The notes beneath the pieces were generated by a model. It saw only the letters and a list, made by a program, of their open reading frames with translations, was not told the DNA's origin and ran no database searches. Position numbers and translations under genes: made by a program. A DNA stretch of 63,899 bases, counting the filler, from Gonapodya sp. JEL0774 (lineage: Eukaryota), in NCBI GenBank assembly GCA_027604505.1. It is 3 parts of 3 records of this genome, joined end to end, with 100 filler letters (N's around TTAATTAATTAA, not from the genome) between each part and the next. Parts side by side here need not be neighbours in the genome. Positions count along the whole stretch, not along the records: positions 1 to 22,598 come from JADIIX010000240.1; 2 more parts are not named here. One strand, given 5' to 3'. Each line of letters opens with the position of its first letter. Within the stretch, counting starts at the first letter, position 1. Below are positions 1 to 10,826 of this stretch, piece after piece.

Positions 1-1532
1 TACCAACAATACCCTTGTGAGGTACACGTGGGATGATGCAACCAACCAGATTGGCAATGTACCCGTGTGGAGTGTGAGCATTTGTTTCCATTCTGAATCC
101 AACCATTTCGCACTTTTGGTTAATTTAAGTGCTCATCGTGTTAGTTTGGACCCTTCGCTTTCGACGGAATTCCCGATTTTGCACCGACACGCGCAGTAAC
201 AAAAAATGTCATACTTGCTATGCCTGACCCATTTGTCATGCTCGGAGCTGTCAATCTTGCCATGTCGTAAGTTCTACTCACATTGAATATACAAATTCCT
301 CTTCCTATGGTCCCAATTCCCACTTGCAGATTGCCTGTCTTCAATCCATCGGGTCGCTATGTGGGCATACTAACGGAACAGTTCATTTTGCAGAATTTGT
401 GCACGGTGTTGGACAAATTGAAGGCAAGCGCCACGCCAAATACGCTGTACTATATCCTGTCTCGGAACGGAGAGGTTATGGCTATGTCTGGTCTTCCAAA
501 TGCAACTGTGCAACAAACCGTGAGTGCATCTGGCTGGTATAAACATATTACGGATATTCGCTCAAAATGCCACTATTCAGGTCCTCACAAAACTTGTAGA
601 TCTTGCCTCACAAACATATGCATTGAAGACTATCTTTGAATTCCCAGCAAGCACGTACCCACTCTTGAATCTCTCAGCAGCCACTGTCAATTCTTATGTT
701 GGAGGAAACTTTGATTCCAGCTTTGCAGATGCTCAATGGCGGATCAATGGATACTTGTTCCAAGTGACGACCTACAAATATTTGGGCTTCACTTTCATTA
801 TCGTGTCTGGAGCGTGAGTCAAGAACTTGCCGTGATCCAATTTGCATGATGTTGAACGTTGTCTGGTGCCCCAAACGCAACACTCAGACCAGACGTCGAC
901 TATCTTGGTGATACAGTTGCACTCTCTGAAAGAATATCAGACATCCAAAAAAGGACGAATATCATAACGCCTCTCGTGGGTGAGTGTGGTTTGAGTATTT
1001 AAGAAATTGCAACGAGGGATGAGAGGCATTTTGATACCCACATGTGTTTCAGCTGTGGCAATTATTGCTATTATGAGTCTCCTTTCAGTCATATTCACCT
1101 GGTACTTCATCACCATGCCGCTCGGTCGCATCCTCCAGATGATCAAGAAAGCGACCAAGTTCGATTTTTCGGAGGTGAGCATTCTCAAATCACTGCAAAG
1201 TCTGAGCCCAGCTTTTTGAACATATAAGCCGGATCTGGTGAACAGGTTCGAGGCGGTACCATTTCCAAGAACAGATCCATCGTTACAGAAGTGCGCAACA
1301 CCCAAGATCACTTTATTGAGATGTTGCAAACGTTTGCAAAAGCCCTCAAGGGTAAGCATGCTGTAATCTCTGCTTGTGGTTCACAATGTTCACTATATTG
1401 CCGGAACCGTCACCAGACAACAAAGCACTCATGACTGGGAGAGTGAGCACAGCGTCAGGTAGAAAAGCATCAGAGAGCACAGAGTCCGCATCTCAGTCGA
1501 AACAAGCACAATCGGCCACTGTAATGGCCTGA
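1..1532 (+). CDS. dCache-like sensor + transmembrane helix + HAMP protein (5'-partial, multi-exon)
   Basis: Spliced frames give LPVFNPSGRYVGILTEQF...YYILSRNGEVMAMS (Cache-like), the TM helix ILIPTCVSAVAIIAIMSLLSVIFTWYFI, a HAMP-like PLGRILQMIKKATKFDFSE...SIVTEVRNTQDHFIEMLQTF, and a short Ser-rich tail ending TGA at 1530-1532. GT-AG introns separate the exons. Confidence 0.65.
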
Positions 1533-2615
1533 AAACAAGGGTCGTAGAGGGTCAGTTCACAGACCACAAAGTAATCTTTATTGATGTCAACAGAATAGCT
1601 ACCAGCCAGACGAGATCCAATCCATTTGTACTAAAACATGAGGGATCAAAAGCCAAAGGTCAGTTCACATATGGTTTGAGACCAACTGTCCGGAAACATT
1701 CGCGCCGACGCTCGCGATTGCGTGGATTGCAAGGGGTATTGTGGGTCATGGTGCGTGAATCGAGGTGGTCGAGTGTGGATAAGAGAACGGAAATGTGAAG
1801 ATCTTGTGTGAAGATTGCGTGCAAAGCTGGCCGCCGGAACTATTGTGTCATAAGAAGTACAAGGCGCTTGCGTTCCACTACTTGACACGTTCTCAAGTGG
1901 GATCACCTTGGCTACCTGGCCCCCTTCGCCGACCACGGTCCCAGGACACTGGGGATTAAGCTCCCTATGGCCTTTTGCGCTTCAACAATGTGGCAGCCGT
2001 GAAGAGGAGAAGACGCGGGAGGTGCATTCCTGAGTGGAACGGTGCGCTCCAGCTCCGAAAGAACCTGGGACGGAGTCGTCCACAAATCTATATTTTATAT
2101 TCCCAATACAATGAAGACATTCTCTTATTGAAAAAAATCAATCGCGCCTTCATTCCCAATTCGAAGCGGCCATGAGAAGTCGCCCAAGAGAACAAGTAGC
2201 AGTAAGCAAGAATACAAACTATTCATCTGAAGGAACAGGGCTTCTATCGTAAATAGAAAAGATTCTAATTCTTCGTTTTGCATTCCCCGATGATTTGAAA
2301 ATGTTATTGCGCACTAATTCCCTTTCACTTTCCTGGTGTTGGTCCCCGGTACACTCAAACCTTGCTCACATCATCATAGAAATCGAACCTCCGTTGAATT
2401 AGCACGCGCCCCCAGTGCGACTGTTTCACAAGACCGAACTCTGTCACACACTCGCGCTGAAAGCGGGCATTCACTTGAAAAGCTGACCGACGTGTCACAT
2501 CATTTCCACTCCATTCAATGTACAAGAGCAATCGCACATCGAACTCTTTCCACCCCTCCACGAAACCAATCCCCAGAGTCCACCAGCACCCCACCCACTT
2601 ACCCCGCCGGCCCAC

Positions 2616-4060
2616 TCACCGCGTCCCCCCCTGTCCTCTTTCCCCACCCCAACGTGCTCCCGTTCCCGCCGCCCCCCGCCAACCACCTCCTCCATGTACT
2701 GTACCTCCACTCCCCACTCTCATCCACAATGAACAAAATACCGCGAGCACCCTGAGCGCGCAGGCTAGGCCAAGGGAGCAAAGGCCCGGCCAGCCGGGGA
2801 GGGGGTAGGAGGTGGTGCGGAGGGAGGAGCCGGCGGTCACGCCGATGAAGCCGAAGAACATTCCTTTGGAGGGGGAGAGGTGGTTGCAAAGGAAAAGAAA
2901 GAGAGGTGGCTGGTGGGTGGAGGTGGGCAGATCGCGCACCGTGGGGACACACGAGAGTACTCAGATTACGCTGATGCGAGAATTGGCCGCCGGTACGAGC
3001 GCCAAAATGCGTTTTCTGGGGCAGTTTGGTGGTTTAGGGGGGAGGGGGAGTGTGAAGGTTGCATGTTCCAGGTTGGTGTGAACCCTAACGAACAGCACCT
3101 TCACGAAGAAACAAGTTAAAACGTCAGTCTACCCCCGCCCACCCGTCCACCCTCTCCACCCACTCGCTTATTCACAGTATTCACGAACTGCACAAACACA
3201 TGGATGCAAAACCCACCCACGCATACTGCGGTGAAACTGCGTTGTCCGGCCAAGAGGAGGAGGCCCAGGGTGCCCGTGAATTCCATCTAGGGGTGGGATA
3301 TGGGGCAAGAGGGTAGAGTGTAGTGGAGAATTGATGGGTCGGGGTAGGCAGCCCCCCGCCATAGGGAGCGACACCGCCTCTGTACCACCACGCACCCGTA
3401 AGAACCAACGACCCCCACTCCCCCCCAACCGACCGTGGCCACGCCCACCCTATCCGCAATCCACTCCACCTCCGGCGCGGTGCGCACCCCGCCCCCCCCA
3501 CCCCCGCCGATACCAATCACCCCTGTTATGGTACCCATTGTCCTTCCTCGTCAGTAAAAACGCCGACGACGCAAAAAAAAAAATTTGCGAATCTGGTGAA
3601 CGGGTGGGGCAGCACTGAAGGATGAAGTGGAGGAGGTGCGAGCAGGTGCGGAGGATGGCGGGGAAGGAAGTGATGGTGGGGGTTGAAAGGGAGGAGAAGG
3701 TGGGGTGGAGGAGGCCTTGTGCGGCTCGTTGAGGAGGAAGAGGGACATGGCGGCGAGGAGGAGGAGCTTTTGGGAGGGCGCCGAGGGGCGGGATGATCAA
3801 GTGGAGGAGAGCGAGTCGGGTAAAGGGTTACGTTTCCCGTCCCTCCACACGCTTCCACTTCCCCGTCCCTTTGCCCTTTTCCACCACCTCCATCTCACCT
3901 GCGCCCCCCCCCCTGCCTCCGCCCCATAAATACACATGTCAACACCCACAGTCTTTGCCACCGCTCCCGCTACGATGCGCACCGCGAGGATGCCGATGAG
4001 GAGCGCGGATATGAGAGTGCCCCGGACCGAGCCGCGGCGGGGCAGGCGGGGCGGCCCCCG
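2616..4060 (-). CDS. MFS transporter, bacterial-type (C-terminal part only; frameshifted or low-quality sequence)
   Basis: Minus-strand pieces in the correct order: RGTLISALLIGILAVRIVAG, APxxxxxADRVG, GFCIHVFVQFVNTVN, KRILALVPAANSRIS, MFFGFIGVTAGSSL...YPLPGWPGLCSLG. They match the MFS pattern GLL.GILLAR / ADR.G / NQ.RI.AL.P.ARSR...GW.G.C..G. Homopolymer-rich noise breaks the frames. Confidence 0.6.
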
Positions 4061-4165
4061 CCTCGCTCGTTTGTTCGCGCGGCCCCCCCCACCCCACCCC
4101 CCGGCCGGGCGGGTGGCGGGCGCCCCCCCGGCGGGGGGGGGAGGGCGCGGGCCCAATAACAACTT

Positions 4166-4578
4166 TTGGTGTATTCGACAATTATGATCCAACATGGACT
4201 TAATGGCCGGGATATCCTGAATCGCAACAAGAGGTTAACCCTTTCATTGGTCACTACTCACAAACTGACACTTCTCGCCTTTTTCATTCGTGAGGTATGT
4301 CGTCCTGTCTTTACCTCTGCCCTCTTTGCGTTCTCCAACAATCCAAGTACATCGAGACACAGATATCCACATAAATAGATTTCAAATTGGGAGCGAAGCC
4401 ATGCAATATGTTGTTTTTGTGGACCATGGAAGTGGGAGGAACACGGCCATATGTCATCATCGATGTCAGCATCACCATCGTCTTGAGCATTTGGTATTCT
4501 TTCATGTCGGTAATTTTCGGTTTTCATTTACGAAGTGCGAGTGATTCACACGAGAAAGGAGCGATTGAAAAGAGTTGA
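4166..4578 (+). CDS. 3' fragment of a putative membrane protein (two exons; 5' end missing)
   Basis: Exon ...LTLLAFFIRE, GTATGT...AG intron, then exon DFKLGAKP...VIIDVSITIVLSIWYSFMSVIFGFHL...EKS*. Hydrophobic segments are present but no family was recognised. Confidence 0.3.
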
Positions 4579-4902
4579 TTCTGAATCCGGGTCTGCGTAT
4601 GAATTGGACAATCCATGTATGCGAATGTGTGAATGGGGGGGAGAAGCGAGAGTGGGAGCGGTGCAGCATGTGATGGAACGAATAGGGTGCCGGTCGGGGG
4701 TTGCAGTGAGCGGGAGTCAGAGTCCGTGCAGATGCATCTCTTGTTTCAGCGAGAATCCGTTTAAGGATGAACAACCTGAAGATGAAACTTCCCAGAACAA
4801 GTCGGTTCGGGAGGGTGTTATTTGGCCAGATTCAGAAACCGTACAGGATCATCAGATATGCCGAGGGAACCGAAATGCATAACACACGAGTCCAAAGACC
4901 TC

Positions 4903-4938
4903 AGTACCATCACAGCACTTAGTACCATCACAGCACTT
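4903..4938. repeat. 18-bp perfect tandem duplication (AGTACCATCACAGCACTT x2)
   Basis: Read directly at 4903-4920 and 4921-4938. Confidence 0.9.
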
Positions 4939-5081
4939 TGAAATGGTTTTTCGAGCCATTATTATGTTACATAATCATTACACTCGACCACTACTTCTTA
5001 CATGGTGATGATCATCGAGACTTATCATTCATCAATTGCAGATATCCGATGAGCATCCGATACACTACTCTCGTGTCATCA

Positions 5082-6658
5082 CTAGAGAATCCCCTCTGCG
5101 ACAAGGTCCTCATGCGACACCCCACACTCCTCAAGCGACTTGGTCACCAGAAGTCCCTCTAACGCCTGCTGACGTCTCGTCTCCTTATTTTTCTTGAGAT
5201 ATTGTCTGATGCCCTCTGCCCACTCAGCAGACCAGTTCATTGCGGCAGAGGTCATTCCAAAAACTTGAGGATTCGTCTCCACCAAGTGACGCACGTATTC
5301 CTCAGGATCTTGAACAAGACGCGAATAATCGTATGAAATAGAGTGAGAAGAGAGCAGATCTCGCACTCTGACGTTATCCTCCCCTGGGATCTGCGGCGTC
5401 CAAATTCCCCCACCTGCCCGACGGAGAACCCCTCGCGCCAAAAGGTTCACAGAATCAAGTCCGAGCCCACTTGCTACACCAAACAAGGACGTCAATGTGC
5501 ACATGAGGCGCACTTCGGACGGAATCATATCCCTCTTGTCTCGTTGACCAACCAGTGCTGTAACTGAAACCGGAGAATTCTCAGGTTTTGCGGGCTGGGA
5601 GAGGACATCAAGAAAAGTTGCAACATCACGGGTGTAGTATGGTGCCTTAACAATCCAGCGCTCCACAGGAGTCCCACGCCAATTCTTTTGCCACAACTGG
5701 TAAAAGACCCTCAGGAACAGAAAGTGGTAGCGAAAGCGGTCAGGGTCCCCATTCGGTGAACCTTTTTGTATTTCGTACGTGCCGCCTGTAGGTATTTCAC
5801 CGCCTTGAAAAATGCCATTGGCGCTTAGGAACCTGAACGAATAGTTAAGAAGAACATCGCCAGCAATGTCATCTTAGCAACCATCCCAACATAAGGAAAC
5901 TCATAACAGAGGAAACTTACATACCATCCTCTTGAGCTTCCATGGGATCATAAACCATCGCGTGTGACGCGTCCACCGCTCGGAGTCCCTCTCTTCCAAC
6001 AAGAAACTCCATCTGCGCCAGTATAGTCGAATGATACTTCTGAATCGTACTTGCGAGGTCGGCTTCATTTCTTGGATAAAGGGGGGCGTCGTTGTTTATG
6101 TTCCATGTCAGGGCGGTCATTGTCCTCACAGTAAGAGAACCAGGACACGCCGCGAACAGATTCTATTCAAAGTAAATGTGATTACATAAAACCCGCAGAC
6201 ATTTGAAAAGCAAGGAAAATCTCGACGATCACCTGCATAAGCGATGTACCCGATCGTGCTGGACCACAAATGATAACGATGGGTTTCAATTGCACATTGA
6301 CCACGTCCGGATCCGCTCGCAATGCTTCCCGAAGCTTCCTCCGCGCAATCATCGGTCCATGTGCGTAGTTTGCGAGCATCACAATACGCCCAGTGGCTGT
6401 AAGGTCACCCCATCGCACTACTGATAGGAAGTATCGCAGCTCCGTTACGTAGCATCGGTGCGCGGTCTCTCCACCCAGCACTTCAGGCCAGGAATCAGTT
6501 TGTGTCGAAAGTGCCTCAGCCTGGTTCAATATCCACGACATCATGAGGGAGACCGGGACGATTCCACCAGTTAGTGGAAAAATTAACCTATCGACCCAGT
6601 CGATCGCCCTCGTGAGGGCAGGCTTTGGAGGGAATTGGATGGGAATCGACTTCGTCAT
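5082..6658 (-). CDS. PAPS-dependent sulfotransferase (Sulfotransfer_3 / bacterial Stf-like), multi-exon
   Basis: 5'-PSB loop KPIVIICGPARSGTSLMQ, then HAM..DP.E..ED, RWIVKAP, a 3'-PB-like QRDKRDMIPS, and DYSRLVQDP. Start MTKSIP at 6658, stop TAG at 5082-5084. Confidence 0.8.
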
Positions 6659-6828
6659 TGTGGGCGTCGCGGGTTTGTGTCAGACTCAAATGAGTGGTCG
6701 GAGAAATTGTTCCTCGACTGTAGTATGTATTGGATAAACTTTCCCCACATCCGCGAGAATATCCGGGGTATTATTATATTGGACGTTGACACAATTACCA
6801 ATCTTTACATAAAACTGAACAACGCAGT

Positions 6829-7397
6829 CTAAGCTAACAAAGGAGCATGAGCCCCCGCCTGCTTTGGTACCACACGACATGCTGTCCCATAGCAGAAAAC
6901 CTCCTGAATACCCTCCATGATCTCGTTTGTATCTGAGGGTATTTGTAGGATAAAGGACTAATTCTGTATACAGAACAAATGAATGCATCTCACCATATCT
7001 CACTGAGAGGATAGCATTTGCGCCTTGGGCAACGGCGTCGTCCACCACTTGATAGAAGCAAGATTTGATCAATAGCTCTTGACGACTCATAGAAATGGCT
7101 GCGTCTCACTGAAGTTGTAAGCTTCCATCCTCGCGTCTTCACAAAGGTGTCGGAAGGTCTCAATAGAACCACCTGATTGACGGCAGAGGTGCTCAGTGAA
7201 GGTACGTCTCAATATGGGACAAATGCATCTGGGAACTACTTACCAACAAGTGACTTGAAAGCGCCTCCCAAGCTTGCGATGGCGTTTCTGCTGCGCACAG
7301 TTATCCCCCTGACCACACCTAGATTTTCAGCAATCACGTATCCCGGGGGGGGTTCAAACAGTGTGGAAACCAGACGATGATTGATGGCATCCGTCAT
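6829..7397 (-). CDS. YbjQ/UPF0145 family (putative heavy-metal-binding) protein
   Basis: Spliced: MTDAINHRLVSTLFEPPPGYVIAENLGVVRGITVRSRNAIASLGGAFKSLVG|GSIETFRHLCEDARMEAY...AVAQGANAILSVRY...IMEGIQEVFCYGTAC. This is the canonical UPF0145 signature. Confidence 0.9.
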
Positions 7398-7647
7398 CCG
7401 AACACGTTTAAGATCTTGCAGATTACAAGACAGAAAGCCTTTTGATATCAGCGCAAGAACGAACGAAATCGCTGAGATTTTAGGATCGGCTTACCCATTT
7501 TGTTCACTCCGCTCGATGGATAGATACTCCAACTTAGCACAGACGAACAGTAAGGAACTTATATCTGCGTGTTGTCATAGGTACGCCAAGCTTGCCTTAC
7601 TTGCCTGAGTTGGCACGGCCCCCTGTGACTTCGGCACGGGCTCTACC

Positions 7648-8000
7648 AATCCCACCCAGCTCACCAAACTGTTACCAATCTGCCGAGATTGGTGACACGC
7701 AACAGTAACCCCGCCAGTGGCTTGGCTTCATCATTCACCATATATGCTCTTTCTCTATAGTTCTACATGACTGCTTTTCCTGGCCGATTCCCTCAATCGA
7801 CAGTCGTATCGGATCAATAACAAGAGAGCAAAGACAGGAATGAAGAAGATCCTGTGATACTCGAGGGTTAAATGCAAATGAACACTCCAGTCCATACTAT
7901 TGTAAAGTAACCAGTGCATTCAAATAACAATATGGTACATGCGCGACTCAATGATACAAAAGCAAATTTATCCTTGCCCGCATACTGCGAGACTTTGTTT
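7648..8000 (+). repeat. Direct repeat copy 1 (diverged duplicate of 13149-13572)
   Basis: Colinear shared blocks include AATCCCACC, TCACCAAACTGT, AGATTGGTGACA, GGCTTGGCTTCA, GGATCAATAACA, AGGAATGAAGAAGATC, CTCCAGTCCA, GATACAAAAGCAAATTTATCC and CCGCATACTGCGA. ORFs 7868..8167 and 13406..13639 share DKFAFVSLSR..TILLFECT.Y.TIVWTG. Confidence 0.95.
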
Positions 8001-8423
8001 GTTATGGCAATGGCTTCTCTGGTAATAACTTGCAGCTGCGCGGCCAAGCCATCGGGCCCATTTTTCTCAAGAGTTGAGCTCTGATTCTTGAAACAGGCTG
8101 TGAAACAGAGCATGCCCACACTTTTTGGGTATCTCCCGGTGTGTGGGCTGTGGAAGGAAGGGGTCACGTGCCACGGTCACAGGGCTCCTGCACCAGTATG
8201 CTGAATTGAAAACACGGTAAGGTTGTTGTTCTTGCAAGGAGGCAATTTTGAGACTAACGCCAGGATGTTGCACAAAGCGCTACACTGATATTGAAGAATT
8301 TAACCGTTTACGAGCGCCAAACTGTTTTTTCAAGGCATATGAGAAAACAGGCTTAGAACTGAGACTTGAATAGTGCCTCAGCCAAAACAAAAAAAAAAAG
8401 GCATTGAAAACAGAGCAGCAAGG

Positions 8424-10705
8424 ATGTTTACGGGAGCTGATCATCCCTCTGATCCGTGCACACCTTTCTGGCCTCGCTGGGATCCCAAACATACTCACTT
8501 GCCAACAAATCCGACCGCCCCATCGCATCCGAACTGGCGCGCGTTCGGATTACCCCGAGACAAATCGCTTCTACACAGTGTGTTTACCGCCTGTTCCACT
8601 CAGATGCGTGGCCCCCTCTCCGTTCGCAACCAGAACCAAGTCACCGCTGCTCCCCAACGAGTCCCCAAACCCCCTTCCAAACCCTCCTCATCGACCTCCG
8701 CTCAACATAATGTAGCGAAAAAAGTGACTGGCGTGACAATCCGTCCGTCGGGTTACGCCATCAGTCGCACGCAGGGACCAGCAGTACTTCGTCCCCAACG
8801 AGTCCCCAACCTTCCTTCCAAACACTCTTCATCGACCTCCCATCGTCATATTCTAGCGGGAAAAGTGATTGGCGTGGCAATCCGTCCTTTGGGTTCCGCC
8901 ATCAGCGCGCCTGCATCAGTTCGTCACGAACGAGTCCGGAAGCTACCATCCCAACCCTCCTCATCGACCTCCACTCGATGTAGTGTGGTGGAAAAAGTGG
9001 CCAACATGACGCTTTGTCCGTCGGGGTCGGCCATCGGAGGCACTCTGGTACCAACGGCCGTTGGTCCGAAACGAGTCCCAAACCCTACTCTCGAACCCTC
9101 CACATCGACGTCCACTCGTGATAATGCATGGGGAAAAGCAACCAACATGACAGTTTATCCACCGGGTCCTGCCATCAGCAGGGCTCACGCCCCAGCCGCG
9201 GTTGGTCCCAAACGAGTCCCGCCACCCCATCGCAAAACCTCCTCATCGACCTCCACTCAACATAATGTAGCGAAGAAAGTGGCTCGCGTGACAATCCGTC
9301 CATCGGATTCCGCCGTCAGTCGCTCTCTTCCCCGATTCATACCTGCAACAGTACCTTCACGTGTTGCGACCGAGAAGACGTATTCCCTATTCTCGTCAAG
9401 GCCGTCAGGTGGTCCCGTTGTGACCAATCTGATGTTGCAGGCTCCGGAGGTACGTTGAGTTGTCCCGCCCGTCCTTCTATTCGTAACAACCTAGCGTGAC
9501 AACGAACCTCACTAGCAATCCAAATCCACCATACCGCCGTTTCCGATTTTGTTGCGGCAGGTCAAAGGAACCCGAATACCTCGCTTCGTGTACCCGCAGG
9601 TGAGTTTTCTTCAGCACCCTGGTCCAGTACACAGTATCCCTACGCACATTTTGCTTCCGCTTCCGTCTAGACACTCTTCCGAGCATCGTCCCCCATGGAC
9701 ATTGACACTTCGCCGCCATCCTCTGTTCCATCTACGACCACTCTAAAACGCCACAAGCGCGATGCATTGGAGGTACCTAGTGGCCACACACACACAGCCA
9801 CCCAATCGGCAGTCCCCGCTGCCGCTCCACGTCTACCTCCAGAAGTTCTCCACCGTATTTTTGACTTCTTGCGTCCCGCTGCCGTTTTCGATTTGTACAT
9901 GGTGTGCAAGGACTGGCATTGGGCCGTGGACTCCAAGTACACGCGACCAGTGATCCACATTGACCCGCTCCATGTCCTCGACGGGCGCCTGTATCACATC
10001 GAACGTCTTGACGGATTGTCCGATCAACCAGGCTACAACCTGCTCACCAAGCATCACGTGGTCACCCATCGCGAATCCCGACTCCCTTGGAACATTCGAG
10101 GTCATCGGGGGGGACCAGGGCCGAAGATTGAACTCAGTTGGAATGTAACGTGGGTCTACTCACACGAGAAGAAACGTTCTCATGCAAACAGCAACCCCGC
10201 TCTCGACCGTCCCAAACACCGACGTTCGGACTCGGAAGTGGTACAGGAGTTCAGACGTTTTGAGACCGAGACAAGTTCTTCCTTTGCTTGCAGCTTCCCA
10301 AGGGTATTCGAAACAGAGGCGGCTGTTTACTACAAGTCCCCAGAACCCGGCGAGGTTGAAGTATGGACAGTCAAAGATATTGAGGAATTGACCTTTCGTG
10401 GAATTGAGCACATTATGGGAAGACATTTGCTGTGTGGGATAGGCGACGTGCTTCTACACAATGCTCCACCGGAACACATCCCCACTATCGTATTGCATCT
10501 GAGAAACTGTCTGAACTTTATATCGTTTCCAAAAGGTTTCATTGATGACCGATTTAAAGGCAAGCATCTTGGGACGCTCGCTCGTTCGCCCCATGGGAGA
10601 TACAACTTGGACTGCCGAGTCGCACGGGAGACATGGGACAACACTATACCTCCAGAAATAGGAAAAGACTATGATTGGTACAAATCGTATAGCTATGATT
10701 GGTAA
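8424..10705 (+). CDS. F-box protein with N-terminal 47-aa tandem repeats (3 exons)
   Basis: Exons 8424-9449, 9561-9599 and 9671-10705 join in frame through phase-0 GT-AG introns. F-box motif RLPPEVLHRIFDFLRPAAVFDLYMVCKDWHWAV. The C-terminal domain was not recognised. Confidence 0.75.
8652..9325 (+). repeat. Coding minisatellite, ~5 x 141 bp (47 aa)
   Basis: Units start at 8652, 8793, 8925, 9066 and 9207 (spacings 141, 132, 141, 141). Consensus PxRVPxxPSxPSSSTSxxHNVAxKVxxVTIRPSGSAIS. Confidence 0.95.
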
Positions 10706-10826
10706 TGTTGATACCAGAAAAATTGAAGAGGCAACGAATGCTGGGTCATCTTCAAAATAGTTCCGCGAAACACATTTGTATCTACGCTTGCAGGGACCAG
10801 GTCGAGGCGGCGCCGACTCCGCAGAT

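Noticed and set aside
8652..9325. Regularly spaced repeats read as a CRISPR-like array
   Set aside because: The whole 141-bp unit is repeated with no unique spacers, it is in-frame coding sequence, and there are no cas genes in this eukaryotic context.
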